Positions 28,792-38,800 of a stretch of 64,000 nt of DNA are shown here, piece by piece (position 1 is the first letter of the stretch; every line of letters begins with the position of its first letter). A model generated the notes under the pieces. It was given only the letters and a program-made list of their open reading frames with translations, was not told the DNA's origin and did no database searches. Both the position numbers and the translations under genes were made by a program. The stretch lies in the NCBI GenBank assembly GCA_965206595.1, contig OZ242214.1:2944001-3008000 (forward strand). Direction: 5' to 3'. The stretch comes from Candidatus Latescibacterota bacterium. GTDB lineage: Bacteria > Latescibacterota > UBA2968 > UBA8231.

Positions 28792-30237
28792 ATGGAACTT
28801 GCGGGGTTCGGGTTCTTCCAGGGTTTCATGCACTACCTCGGCGTGCTGCAGTGGCCGCTGGTCGTCGTCTTCCTGCTTTACATCGCATGGCAGATAAGGG
28901 GTTTCGCACCGGAAGAGCGGCTGCAGACCGGCCTGATGTTCTCCTACTTCTTCCTGGTGATCACCACCTTCTGGATCCTCAAGCCGATCAAGAAGGGGCT
29001 CTTCATCGGCTACTACAAAGGGATCGGCGGCTTCGACCTGCTGGGCTGGCAACTCGACGCGGCGCAGGCGGAGCTGCTGGCCAAAGTCCTCAACATGGCG
29101 GTCGCCGCCGCGGCGGTCGCGGTCTTCACCCTTCTCGCCCGCTCCTTCCGGCGCCAGCAGCTCACCTTCATCCTGTCGGGCTTTTTCATCCTCTGTTACC
29201 TGGCCTTCAGCTTCCTCCTGGACAATGCCGGGGGCGGCACCGTCTGGACCTTCTACCTGTTCGGAGACCTGTTCAGCACGTTGATGGTCGCCACTTTCTT
29301 CGCCTTCCTCAACGACAGCGTCGATCCTTCCTCCGCCAAGCGGCTCTACGGGCTGATCGGTCTCGGGGGGGTTTCGGGGGGCTTCTTCGGCAGCGCCGTC
29401 GTCGGCGTCAACGTCAAGAGCCTGAGCCCGGCGCTGTCCATGTGGTTGTGCCTGGCGATCGCCGTCGCCATCGCCCTTATCGCCATGGCCGCGGGCCGGG
29501 TGGTAAACCGCAAGTTGGCGGCGAATGAAACCGGGGAAAGCAAGGCGGAGGAAGCATCCGATTCCCAAGCGGCCCCGGCTGAGGATCAGCCGCAGGGCAA
29601 TCCGGCATGGGAAGGTGCGCGGCTCGCTCTGCGCTCCCCTTACCTGCTGTCGGTTGTGGCCATCGTCGGCCTATACGAGATGGTCTCCACCATAATGGAT
29701 TTCCAGTTCACCTCCACGGTGCTGCACTACCTCGACGGCCCCCAGATCGGCGAGCATTTTCCGCGCGTGTTCACGTTCACCAACATGGTTGCGCTGGTCG
29801 TTCAGCTGTTCCTGACGAGCTTCGTGATGACCCGCTTCGGCGTCGGCCCGGCGCTGCTGTTCCTGCCGGTAGCAGCTCTTCTGGGTTCGGCAGGCTTCCT
29901 GATCGCCCCGGTGCTCCTCCTCGGAAGTTTGCTGAACACCACCGACAACGGCTTCAGCTACTCGATCAACCAGTCGGCCAAGGAAGCGCTCTACGTCCCC
30001 ACCACGCGAGACGAGAAGTACAAGGCCAAGGCTTTCATCGACATGTTCGTGCAGCGGTTCGCCAAGGCACTGGCCGTCGGCCTGAGTCTCCTGATAACGA
30101 CGCTCTTCGCAGGGTATTCGAGCATTCGCTGGCTGTCGCTGATAACCGCGGCCATCCTGCTGCTGTGGATCCTCGCCGCCCGTTACGCAGGACGAACCTT
30201 CCGCGAGAAAGAAGAAGCGGCTGCGCAGTCTGGGTAA
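28792..30237 (+). CDS. NTT/TLC-family (ATP/ADP translocase-like) MFS transporter
   Basis: About 12 hydrophobic helices. Motifs FWILKPIKKGLF, AKRLYGLIGLGG and YSINQSAKEALYVP..EKYKAKAFID..RFAKA. Confidence 0.85.
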   Translation: MELAGFGFFQGFMHYLGVLQWPLVVVFLLYIAWQIRGFAPEERLQTGLMFSYFFLVITTFWILKPIKKGLFIGYYKGIGGFDLLGWQLDAAQAELLAKVLNMAVAAAAVAVFTLLARSFRRQQLTFILSGFFILCYLAFSFLLDNAGGGTVWTFYLFGDLFSTLMVATFFAFLNDSVDPSSAKRLYGLIGLGGVSGGFFGSAVVGVNVKSLSPALSMWLCLAIAVAIALIAMAAGRVVNRKLAANETGESKAEEASDSQAAPAEDQPQGNPAWEGARLALRSPYLLSVVAIVGLYEMVSTIMDFQFTSTVLHYLDGPQIGEHFPRVFTFTNMVALVVQLFLTSFVMTRFGVGPALLFLPVAALLGSAGFLIAPVLLLGSLLNTTDNGFSYSINQSAKEALYVPTTRDEKYKAKAFIDMFVQRFAKALAVGLSLLITTLFAGYSSIRWLSLITAAILLLWILAARYAGRTFREKEEAAAQSG

Positions 30238-30306
30238 GGGGCAGGACCTGAGCTTAAAAGAGATCGTGCAACCCCCTGGTGGATGCTCTACAACTTAAGT
30301 GCCTGC

Positions 30307-31230
30307 TCAAACATGGACACCGGGGATCGATGGTTCTCCGGTAGGGCATTCGAGCGAGAGATGGCGGTAGGCGAACTCTATCCGGTCGTTCTTGCCGAAA
30401 GCGTCGACGATTTTCCCCACGATCTCGCTGGAGATGCGTTCGCGCTCCACCGCAATGGACTTGTAGCGCAGCCGCATCGTTATGCCGGAATGAAAGAATT
30501 CAGCACGGACGAACGGAGTCTCTCCGGTCTCCTCGATGATCTCCCGGGTCACCTCGGAGGCGCAGTCGATCAAGGTCTGTTCTGACAACCGGTAGTCCGA
30601 CTGATAGGAGATCCGGACCGGCACTTCGTCAAGTATGTACTTGGCTTCGGTGGAAACCGCGTAGTTGGTGACCATCTGGTCGAACAGGATCGCATTGGGG
30701 ATCAGAACCGCCCGATTGGATGATTCTTCCCCGCCGATGGTCCCGCCCACTTCCCCGAGCATAATATGGGTGGGACTTATGTCGAGCACGTCCCCCCGCA
30801 CTCCCTGAAGTATGATCCGGTCCCCGATCTGGAAGGGCCGTTTGATCATTACCATGAGCCAGGCCGCCACCCCGGTGACCGGCCGTTGCAGAGACCAGCC
30901 CAGGATCATGCTGAGGAAGGCAGCGCTTATCCCCATGGCCGCGAATGAACCGGACAGGCTGACGACCATCAAAATGATCCCGGCCAACAGAAAGGTATAC
31001 TTCAACAGGGAGTGGACCCGGTGGATCTGCACCTCCCGGCGATTCTGGGCTCGCATGGCCCCCAGCACCAAGCGCTTGATAATTTTGTAGAGCAAAACAA
31101 TGACGGTAAGAGCCAAAGCCGCAGGAAGGAGATATACGATTATTTCAAGGATCTCCCTTAACAGTTCAGGGACATGGTGGGAGACCCATCCCTCGGTGCT
31201 GTTCAGCCAGTCAGTTATTACTTGTGGCAT
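30307..31230 (-). CDS. MscS-family mechanosensitive channel
   Basis: Three TM helices, RPFQIGDRI, GDVLDI and IPN motifs. Confidence 0.88.
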   Translation of the reverse strand: MPQVITDWLNSTEGWVSHHVPELLREILEIIVYLLPAALALTVIVLLYKIIKRLVLGAMRAQNRREVQIHRVHSLLKYTFLLAGIILMVVSLSGSFAAMGISAAFLSMILGWSLQRPVTGVAAWLMVMIKRPFQIGDRIILQGVRGDVLDISPTHIMLGEVGGTIGGEESSNRAVLIPNAILFDQMVTNYAVSTEAKYILDEVPVRISYQSDYRLSEQTLIDCASEVTREIIEETGETPFVRAEFFHSGITMRLRYKSIAVERERISSEIVGKIVDAFGKNDRIEFAYRHLSLECPTGEPSIPGVHV

Positions 31231-31608
31231 CGGTCGGTTTCTTCTCCTTTGCGATGGTAAAAGGCCTTTGGTGTTCTGTTTTCCTCGGGAAGCGGTGCCG
31301 AAGGCATCGCCGCCCGCCCGGCTCCCCCCCTTCCCTGCGCGCCGTCCGCGATCCTTCGATCCAAAAAAAGGAGCCTGTCATCTGCAAGCTATCCGGACAG
31401 AAAAAGCGCGTCAACGCACCCGGAATCCGGCTCTGTGCCAGGAAGGCCGCCATGGCCGACGATCCGGATGCCCGCATCGAGACGGTCCGGTCCTGATCCC
31501 CTCAAGGGTAAACCTGCCCATGCCCTGGCTACCATCCTCAACAGGGCTTCCGGTAAGTCGGAGCGGGATCCGCGTCTGTAGGGGAAGCGGCTTCGCTGGA
31601 ATTAAAAG

Positions 31609-31671
31609 GGACAGCAACTGTCCGCGTCGGGTTTTTTTTGACATGCCGGACGCAACGGACACCCCCTGTCC
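31609..31671 (+). promoter_or_regulatory. Two GGACA-N5-TGTCC palindromic operators flanking a TTGACA hexamer
   Basis: GGACAgcaacTGTCC at 31609-31623, TTGACA at 31638-31643 and GGACAcccccTGTCC at 31657-31671, just upstream of the WYL gene. Confidence 0.7.
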
Positions 31672-31708
31672 CCTTGGAGCCCATCTTTACCGTTGGGAGG
31701 ATGAAGCT

Positions 31709-32695
31709 ATGCTCATATCCGATGCGATCCACAAGGCGGATCGACTCGAACAGATCAAGGTACTGTTCCGGCGGCGGCCCGAAGGGGTAGGGACCGGTGA
31801 AATCGCCCGGCTGCTGGGCGTCAGCCAACGGACTGCCCGGCGCTATGTGAAGGAGCTGTCGGAGCACGGACGGCTGCCGGTGTACCGGGAAGGCCGTGTC
31901 TGGAAGTTGGTGGAAGGCGGGCACATCGACCTGCTTCGCCTCCAGCTGAACCTCGACGAGGCTCTCTCGCTCTACCTGGCGGCGCGGATGCTGTCCGCCT
32001 ACAGCGACAAGCACAATCCGCACGTGGTAGCATCCCTGCTCAAGCTCGCGGCAACCTTGCCCGACGCCATCGGGGCGCACGTCGAGCAGGCGGCCGTGGC
32101 GGTTTCCCAAAGACGGCTTGCCCCGGACTACATGAAAGTCCTCGAAGGTCTCACCCGGGCCTGGGCAGGCCGGCGGCAGGTCCAGATCGTTTATCGCGAT
32201 CCCATCACCGGGACGCGCTCCGAGCGCCTGTTCGACCCCTTTTTCATCGAGCCTTCCTTCTTGGGCTATTCTTGCTACGTGTTCGGGTTCGATCACTTCC
32301 GCCAGGCGATCCGCTCCTTCAAGGTCGAGCGGCTGGAAGAGGTCGAGGTGTTGGAAACCCGTTTCGAGCCGTTGCCGGATTTCGATCCCTACGACTACCT
32401 CAGGCACGCCTGGGGGATCAGGGGCGGCGACGAGGTGGTGGAGGTAAGATTGCGGTTTTCCAGAAACGCGGTCTATCGGGTCAACGAATCGGACTGGCCC
32501 GGGGTGGTGGCCCGGGAGGAAGACCGGGAGGGGCGCTGTACGCTGACGTTTCTGGTCAATCACATTCTGGAAATCAAGTCCTGGATCAGGGCATGGGGAC
32601 CGGAATGCGAGGTGTTGGGCCCGGAGGAGCTGCGCCGGGAGATCGGGGAGGAGATGAAGGCTGCGACAGAGCTGTATGGGGACGCCGGAGAATAG
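31709..32695 (+). CDS. HTH-WYL-WCX transcriptional regulator
   Basis: EIARLLGVSQRTARRYV (HTH), YVFG..IRSFKVERL (WYL) and WIRAWGPECEVLGPEELR (WCX). RBS GGAGG, ATG at 31709. Confidence 0.92.
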   Translation: MLISDAIHKADRLEQIKVLFRRRPEGVGTGEIARLLGVSQRTARRYVKELSEHGRLPVYREGRVWKLVEGGHIDLLRLQLNLDEALSLYLAARMLSAYSDKHNPHVVASLLKLAATLPDAIGAHVEQAAVAVSQRRLAPDYMKVLEGLTRAWAGRRQVQIVYRDPITGTRSERLFDPFFIEPSFLGYSCYVFGFDHFRQAIRSFKVERLEEVEVLETRFEPLPDFDPYDYLRHAWGIRGGDEVVEVRLRFSRNAVYRVNESDWPGVVAREEDREGRCTLTFLVNHILEIKSWIRAWGPECEVLGPEELRREIGEEMKAATELYGDAGE

Positions 32696-32833
32696 CCGGA
32701 ATCTGCGGCCTGTGGACGTGCCCTCTACCTGGGAAATCGACCGTGGATGTTCGATCGATACGGTTACGTGAAATGTCTTCCTGACAAGCGGCAGATCCGT
32801 CAGGATGCGCGACTACATAGGGGACCAAGCAAT

Positions 32834-35800
32834 ATGAAAAAGGCAATCGGCTGTCTCGTGTGGCTGTTGTCGAGCCTGCAGGCAGGAGCGGAGCCCCTTG
32901 TGGAGGGGCGGGTGAGGCTGGCTTCCGGGGAACCGGCGGCCGGGGCGCAGGTGCTGCTGTTCGACCTGACCGACCTGCGCCTGGCGCCGGTCGCTGCGAC
33001 CACCGATGAAGCGGGGTATTTCGCGCTGCCATTCGGTGGGTTGCGGGCATGGATGCCGGTTCTGCCGGAGCGCTTCGAGCTGGGGCACAACTACCCCAAT
33101 CCGTTCAATCCTTCCACCATCATCCCCTACCAGCTGCCGGCCTCGACCCGGGTGCGGCTCGAGGTCTTCAACATCCTGGGTCAGCGGGTGACGACCCTGG
33201 TCGACGGGGAACGTGCGGCCGGCTTTCACACGGCCCGCTGGGACGCCACCGATGCCGCGGGGCGAGCGGTGGCCGCCGGCGTCTACTTCTACCGGCTGAA
33301 AGGCGGCGGGGTGCACCTGACCCGGCGCATGGTGTTGATCGACGGGCAGGCAGGGATTCCTTCGGCAGTGCCTGGCGGTCCGCCAACCGCCGGCCGTGAG
33401 GAGGGGGAAACGTCCCCGGTTCTCGGATTGGCCGTCTTGGGTGAGGGACTGGTCCCCTACCTCGACCCGGTTTTCCGGGTGGAAGCGGGCATGGCTCCGG
33501 TGGACATCGTCGTCGAAACCTCGGGCGGGATCCGGCATGCGAAGGTGGCTTCAGGCGGGATTCTGGGGGACGTCGACAACAACGGCCGGGTCGACATTTT
33601 CGACGCCCTGCTGGTGGCCGTGTACAGCGCCAATGCCAGCCTCGTCATGCCGAACAACGGCGATATTACCCTCGGCGACGTCAACGGGGACGGCCGGACG
33701 GATCTCACCGACGCTTTCCACATTGCCACGTACACAGTGGATCCCTCCGATCCGACGCTGCCCGCAGGAATCGGGGAGGCCCTGGTCCAGGCGACGGCAT
33801 CGCTGTCCCCCCTTCCCTCCACCGTCTCCTTCCAGGACGACGGGACCTGGCACCGGTTTACGGTCCAGGCCGGCGAGCCGATCGTGGTGGTGGCCAACCC
33901 CACGGGAACCACCCCGCGTGTGGAGATCACCAACCTCAGCACCACCAACTTTTGTCCAGCGGAAGCGAACGACGACCTGACACGCCAGGACGGCCAGGAT
34001 ATCGTCCTGGCCGGCTGCTCCTCAGGTACGGGTACAGTTGAACTGCGGCGGGCGTCCGACCAGACCGTCCTGCAAACCTATACCTTCACGATACAGGGAC
34101 AGGGAACCGGTGGAGGGGGCGACGGCAATGCCCCCGACCTGATTGTCGATGCCCCTACGGTCAGCACCAGCAGCCCGGCGGCCGGCGCCTCCTTCACCCT
34201 GAGGGCCACCGTCCGCAACCAGGGTGCGGCTCGGTCGGGATCGACCACCCTGCGCTACTACCGCTCCACCGACGCAACCGTTTCCACCGGCGACACCCAG
34301 GTCGGCACCGACCCGGTGAGCAGCCTGTCCGCTTCCCGCACCAGCTCCGAGTCGATCAGCCTCCGCGCCCCTTCCAGCACCGGAACCTACTACTACGGAG
34401 CCTGCGTCGAGAGCGTCAGCGAGGAAAGCAATACAGGGAACAACTGCTCCGCAGCCGTAACCGTTACCGTGGGCGCCGCCCCGGCTCCCGACCTCGTCGT
34501 CGATGCCCCTACGGTCACCAACAGCAGCCCCACAGCCGGGGCCTCCTTCACCCTGAGGGCCACCGTCCGCAACCAGGGTGCCGCTCGGTCGGGATCGACC
34601 ACCCTGCGCTACTACCGCTCCACCGACGCAACCGTTTCCACCGGCGACACCCAGGTCGGCACCGACCCGGTGAGCAGCCTGTCCGCCTCCCGGACCAGCT
34701 CCGAGTCGATCAGCCTGAGCGCTCCCTCCAGCACCGGCACCTACTACTACGGGGCCTGCGTCGAGAGCGTCAGCGAGGAAAGCAATACAGGGAACAACTG
34801 CTCCGCAGCCATAACCGTTACCGTGGGCGCCGCCCCGGCTCCCGACCTGATTGTCGATGCCCCTACGGTCAGCACCGGCAGCCCCGCGGCCGGCGCCTCC
34901 TTCACCCTGAGGGCCACCGTCCGTAACCAAGGTGCCGCTCGGTCGGGCTCGACCACCCTGCGCTACTACCGCTCCACCGACGCAACCGTTTCCACCGGCG
35001 ACACCCAAGTCGGCACCGACGTGGTGAGCGGCCTGTCCGCCTCCCGGACCAGCTCCGAGTCGATCAGCCTCCGCGCCCCCTCCAGCACCGGAACCTACTA
35101 CTACGGTGCCTGCGTCGAGAGTGTCAGCGAGGAAAGCAATACAGGGAACAACTGCTCCGCAGCCATAACCGTTACCGTGGGCGCCGCCCCGGCTCCCGAC
35201 CTGATTGTCGATGCCCCTACGGTCAGCACCGGCAGCCCCGCGGCCGGCGCCTCCTTCACCCTGAGGGCCACCGTCCGTAACCAAGGTGCCGCTCGGTCGG
35301 GCTCGACCACCCTGCGCTACTACCGCTCCACCGACGCAACCGTTTCCACCGGCGACACCCAAGTCGGCACCGACGTGGTGAGCGGCCTGTCCGCCTCCCG
35401 GACCAGCTCCGAGTCGATCAGCCTCCGCGCCCCCTCCAGCACCGGAACCTACTACTACGGTGCCTGCGTCGAGAGTGTCAGCGAGGAAAGCAATACAGGG
35501 AACAACTGCTCCGCAGCCGTCACCGTCACCGTGGGCGCCGCCCCGGCTCCCGACCTGATTGTCGATGCCCCTACGGTCAGCACCGGCAGCCCCGCGGCCG
35601 GCGCCTCCTTCACCCTGAGGGCCACCGTCCGTAACCAAGGTGCCGCTCGGTCGGGCTCGACCACCCTGCGCTACTACCGCTCCACCGACGCAACCGTTTC
35701 CACCGGCGACACCCAAGTCGGCACCGACGTGGTGAGCGGCCTGTCCGCCTCCCGGACCAGCTCCGAGTCGATCAGCCTGAGCGCCCCCTCCAGCACCGGA

Positions 35801-38800
35801 ACCTACTACTACGGTGCCTGCGTCGAGAGTGTCAGCGAGGAAAGCAATACAGGGAACAACTGCTCCGCAGCCGTCACCGTCACCGTGGGCGCCGCCCCGG
35901 CTCCCGACCTGATTGTCGATGCCCCTACGGTCAGCACCGGCAGCCCCGCGGCCGGCGCCTCCTTCACCCTGAGGGCCACCGTCCGTAACCAAGGTGCCGC
36001 TCGGTCGGGCTCGACCACCCTGCGCTACTACCGCTCCACCGACGCAACCGTTTCCACCGGCGACACCCAAGTCGGCACCGACGTGGTGAGCGGCCTGTCC
36101 GCCTCCCGGACCAGCTCCGAGTCGATCAGCCTGAGCGCCCCCTCCAGCACCGGAACCTACTACTACGGTGCCTGCGTCGAGAGTGTCAGCGAGGAAAGCA
36201 ATACAGGGAACAACTGCTCCGCAGCCGTGACCGTGACCGTGGGCGCCGCCCCTGCCCCTGACCTGGTCGTCGATGCCCCTACGGTCACCAACAGCAGCCC
36301 GGCGGCCGGGGCCTCCTTCACCCTGAGGGCAACCGTCCGTAACCAGGGTGCGGCTCGGTCGGGCTCGACCACCCTGCGCTACTACCGTTCCACCGACGCA
36401 ACCGTTTCCACCGGCGACACCGAGGTCGGCACCGACGTGGTGAGCAGCCTGTCTGCCTCCCGCACCAGTCCCGAGTCGATCAGCCTCTCCGCCCCATCGA
36501 GCGCAGGCACCTACTACTACGGCGCCTGCGTGGTGAGCGTCAGCGGGGAAAGCAATACCGGGAACAACTGTTCCGCAGCCGTAACGGTCACCGTTCCCGG
36601 GACCGTCACTCAGCCAACACCCCAACCCGGAGTGTCGAAGCTGTACTGGTCGGACTGGGGGACGGACAAGATCCAGCGCGCCGACCTCGACGGCTCCCAT
36701 GTCGAAGACCTGGTCACCAGCGCGGGACTGGATGGTCCCGACGGGCTGTCCCTGGATCTGGCCGGCGGCAAGATCTACTGGGCGGATGCGGGCACCAACA
36801 AGATCCAGCGGGCAAACCTCGACGGCTCCGGGGCCGAAGATCTGGTCACCGGCCTGGGGATTCCATACGGGCTGGCCCTGCACGTGTCCGGCGGCAAGAT
36901 GTACTGGACGAACCGGCAGTCGAACAAGATTCAGCGGGCAAACCTCGACGGCTCCGGGGTCGAAGACCTCGTCACCAGCGGCTTGACTTTTCCCGGCGCG
37001 CTGGCACTCGACGTAGCCGGCGGCAAGATGTACTGGACGAACCCGGGCGCGACGAAAATCCAGCGGGCAAATCTGAGCGGCTCCAATGTCGAAGACCTCG
37101 TCACCAGCGGCTTGAGCAGCCCCACCGGGCTCGCACTCGACGTAGCCGGCGGCAAGATCTACTGGACCGACCGGGGCACGGACAAGATTCAACGCGCCAA
37201 CCTGAGCGGCTCCAATGTCGAGGACCTCGTAACCAGCGGCTTGAACAGTCCCAACGGGCTCGCACTCGACGTAGCCGGCGGCAAGATCTACTGGACCGAC
37301 GCGGGCACGAACAAGGTGCAGCGGGCCAATCTCAACGGCTCCGGAGTCGAGGACCTGCTCACGGGGACAGACGGACTGATCGATCCATCCGGTATCGCCA
37401 TTGGGGGAACCGCCGATACCGGGTCCGGTGGTGGAGGTGGTGGCGGCGGCACCTCCCCTGCCCCTGACCTGGTCGTCGATGCCCCTACGGTCAGCAACAG
37501 CAGCCCCACAGCCGGGGCCTCCTTCACCCTGAGGGCCACCGTCCGCAACCAGGGAACCGGGCGGGCTGGCTCGACCACCCTGCGCTACTACCGTTCCACT
37601 GACGCGACGGTTTCCACCAGCGACACCGAGGTCGGAACCGACCCGGTGAGCACCCTGTCCGCCTCTCGCACCAGTTCCGAGTCGATCTTCCTTTCCGCCC
37701 CGTCGAATGCCGGCTCCTACTACTACGGGGCCTGCGTCGAGAGCGTCAGCGATGAAAGCGATACCGGGAACAACTGCTCCTCAGCCGTGACCGTGACCGT
37801 GGGCGCCGCCCCTGCCCCTGACCTGGTTGTCGATGCCCCTACGGTCAGCAACAGCAGCCCCACAGCCGGGGCCTCCTTCACCCTGAGGGCCACCGTCCGC
37901 AACCAGGGTACCGGGCGGTCGGGTTCCACCACCCTGCGCTACTACCGTTCCACTGACGCGACGGTTTCCACCGGCGACACCCAGGTCGGCACCGACCCGG
38001 TGAGCACCCTGTCCGCCTCTCGCACCAGTTCCGAGTCGATCTTCCTTTCCGCTCCGTCGAATGCCGGCTCCTACTACTACGGGGCCTGCGTCGAGAGCGT
38101 CAGCGATGAAAGCGATACCGGGAACAACTGCTCCTCAGCCGTGACCGTGACCGTGGGCGCCGCCCCAGCCCCCGATCTCGTCGTCGATGCCCCTACGGTC
38201 ACCAACAGCAGTCCGACTGCCGGGGCCTCCTTCACCCTGAGGGCCACCGTCCGCAACCAGGGTACCGGGCGGTCGGGTTCCACCACCTTGCGCTACTACC
38301 GTTCCACTGACGCGACGGTTTCCACCGGCGACACCGAGGTCGGCACCGACCCGGTGAGCACCCTGTCCGCCTCCCGAACCGGCTCCGAGTCGATCAGCCT
38401 CCGCGCCCCGTCGAGCACGGGAACCTACTACTACGGCGCCTGCGTCGAGAGCGTCAGCGATGAAACCGATACCGGGAACAACTGCTCCTCTCCCGTAACC
38501 GTTACCGTGGGCGCCGCACCTGCTCCTGATCTCGTCGTTGACTCGCCCTCGGTCACCAACAGCAGCCCGACGGCCGGGGCCTCCTTCACCCTGAGCGCCA
38601 CCGTCCGCAACCAGGGAACCGGGGGGGCTGGCTCGACCACTCTGCGCTACTACCGCTCCACCGACGCGACGGTTTCAACCGGAGACACCCAGGTCGGCAC
38701 CGACCCGGTGAGCAGCCTGTCAGCCTCCAGGACCAGCTCCGAGTCGATCAGCCTCAGCGCCCCCTCCACCACCGGCACCTACTACTACGGAGCCTGCGTC

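Noticed and set aside
34022-37192. 1056-aa antisense ORF, and similar long antisense or alternate-frame ORFs (3360..4979, 12668..15430, 26902..29568)
   Set aside because: Shadow ORFs of GC-rich, codon-biased or repetitive genes. They have no recognisable motifs.
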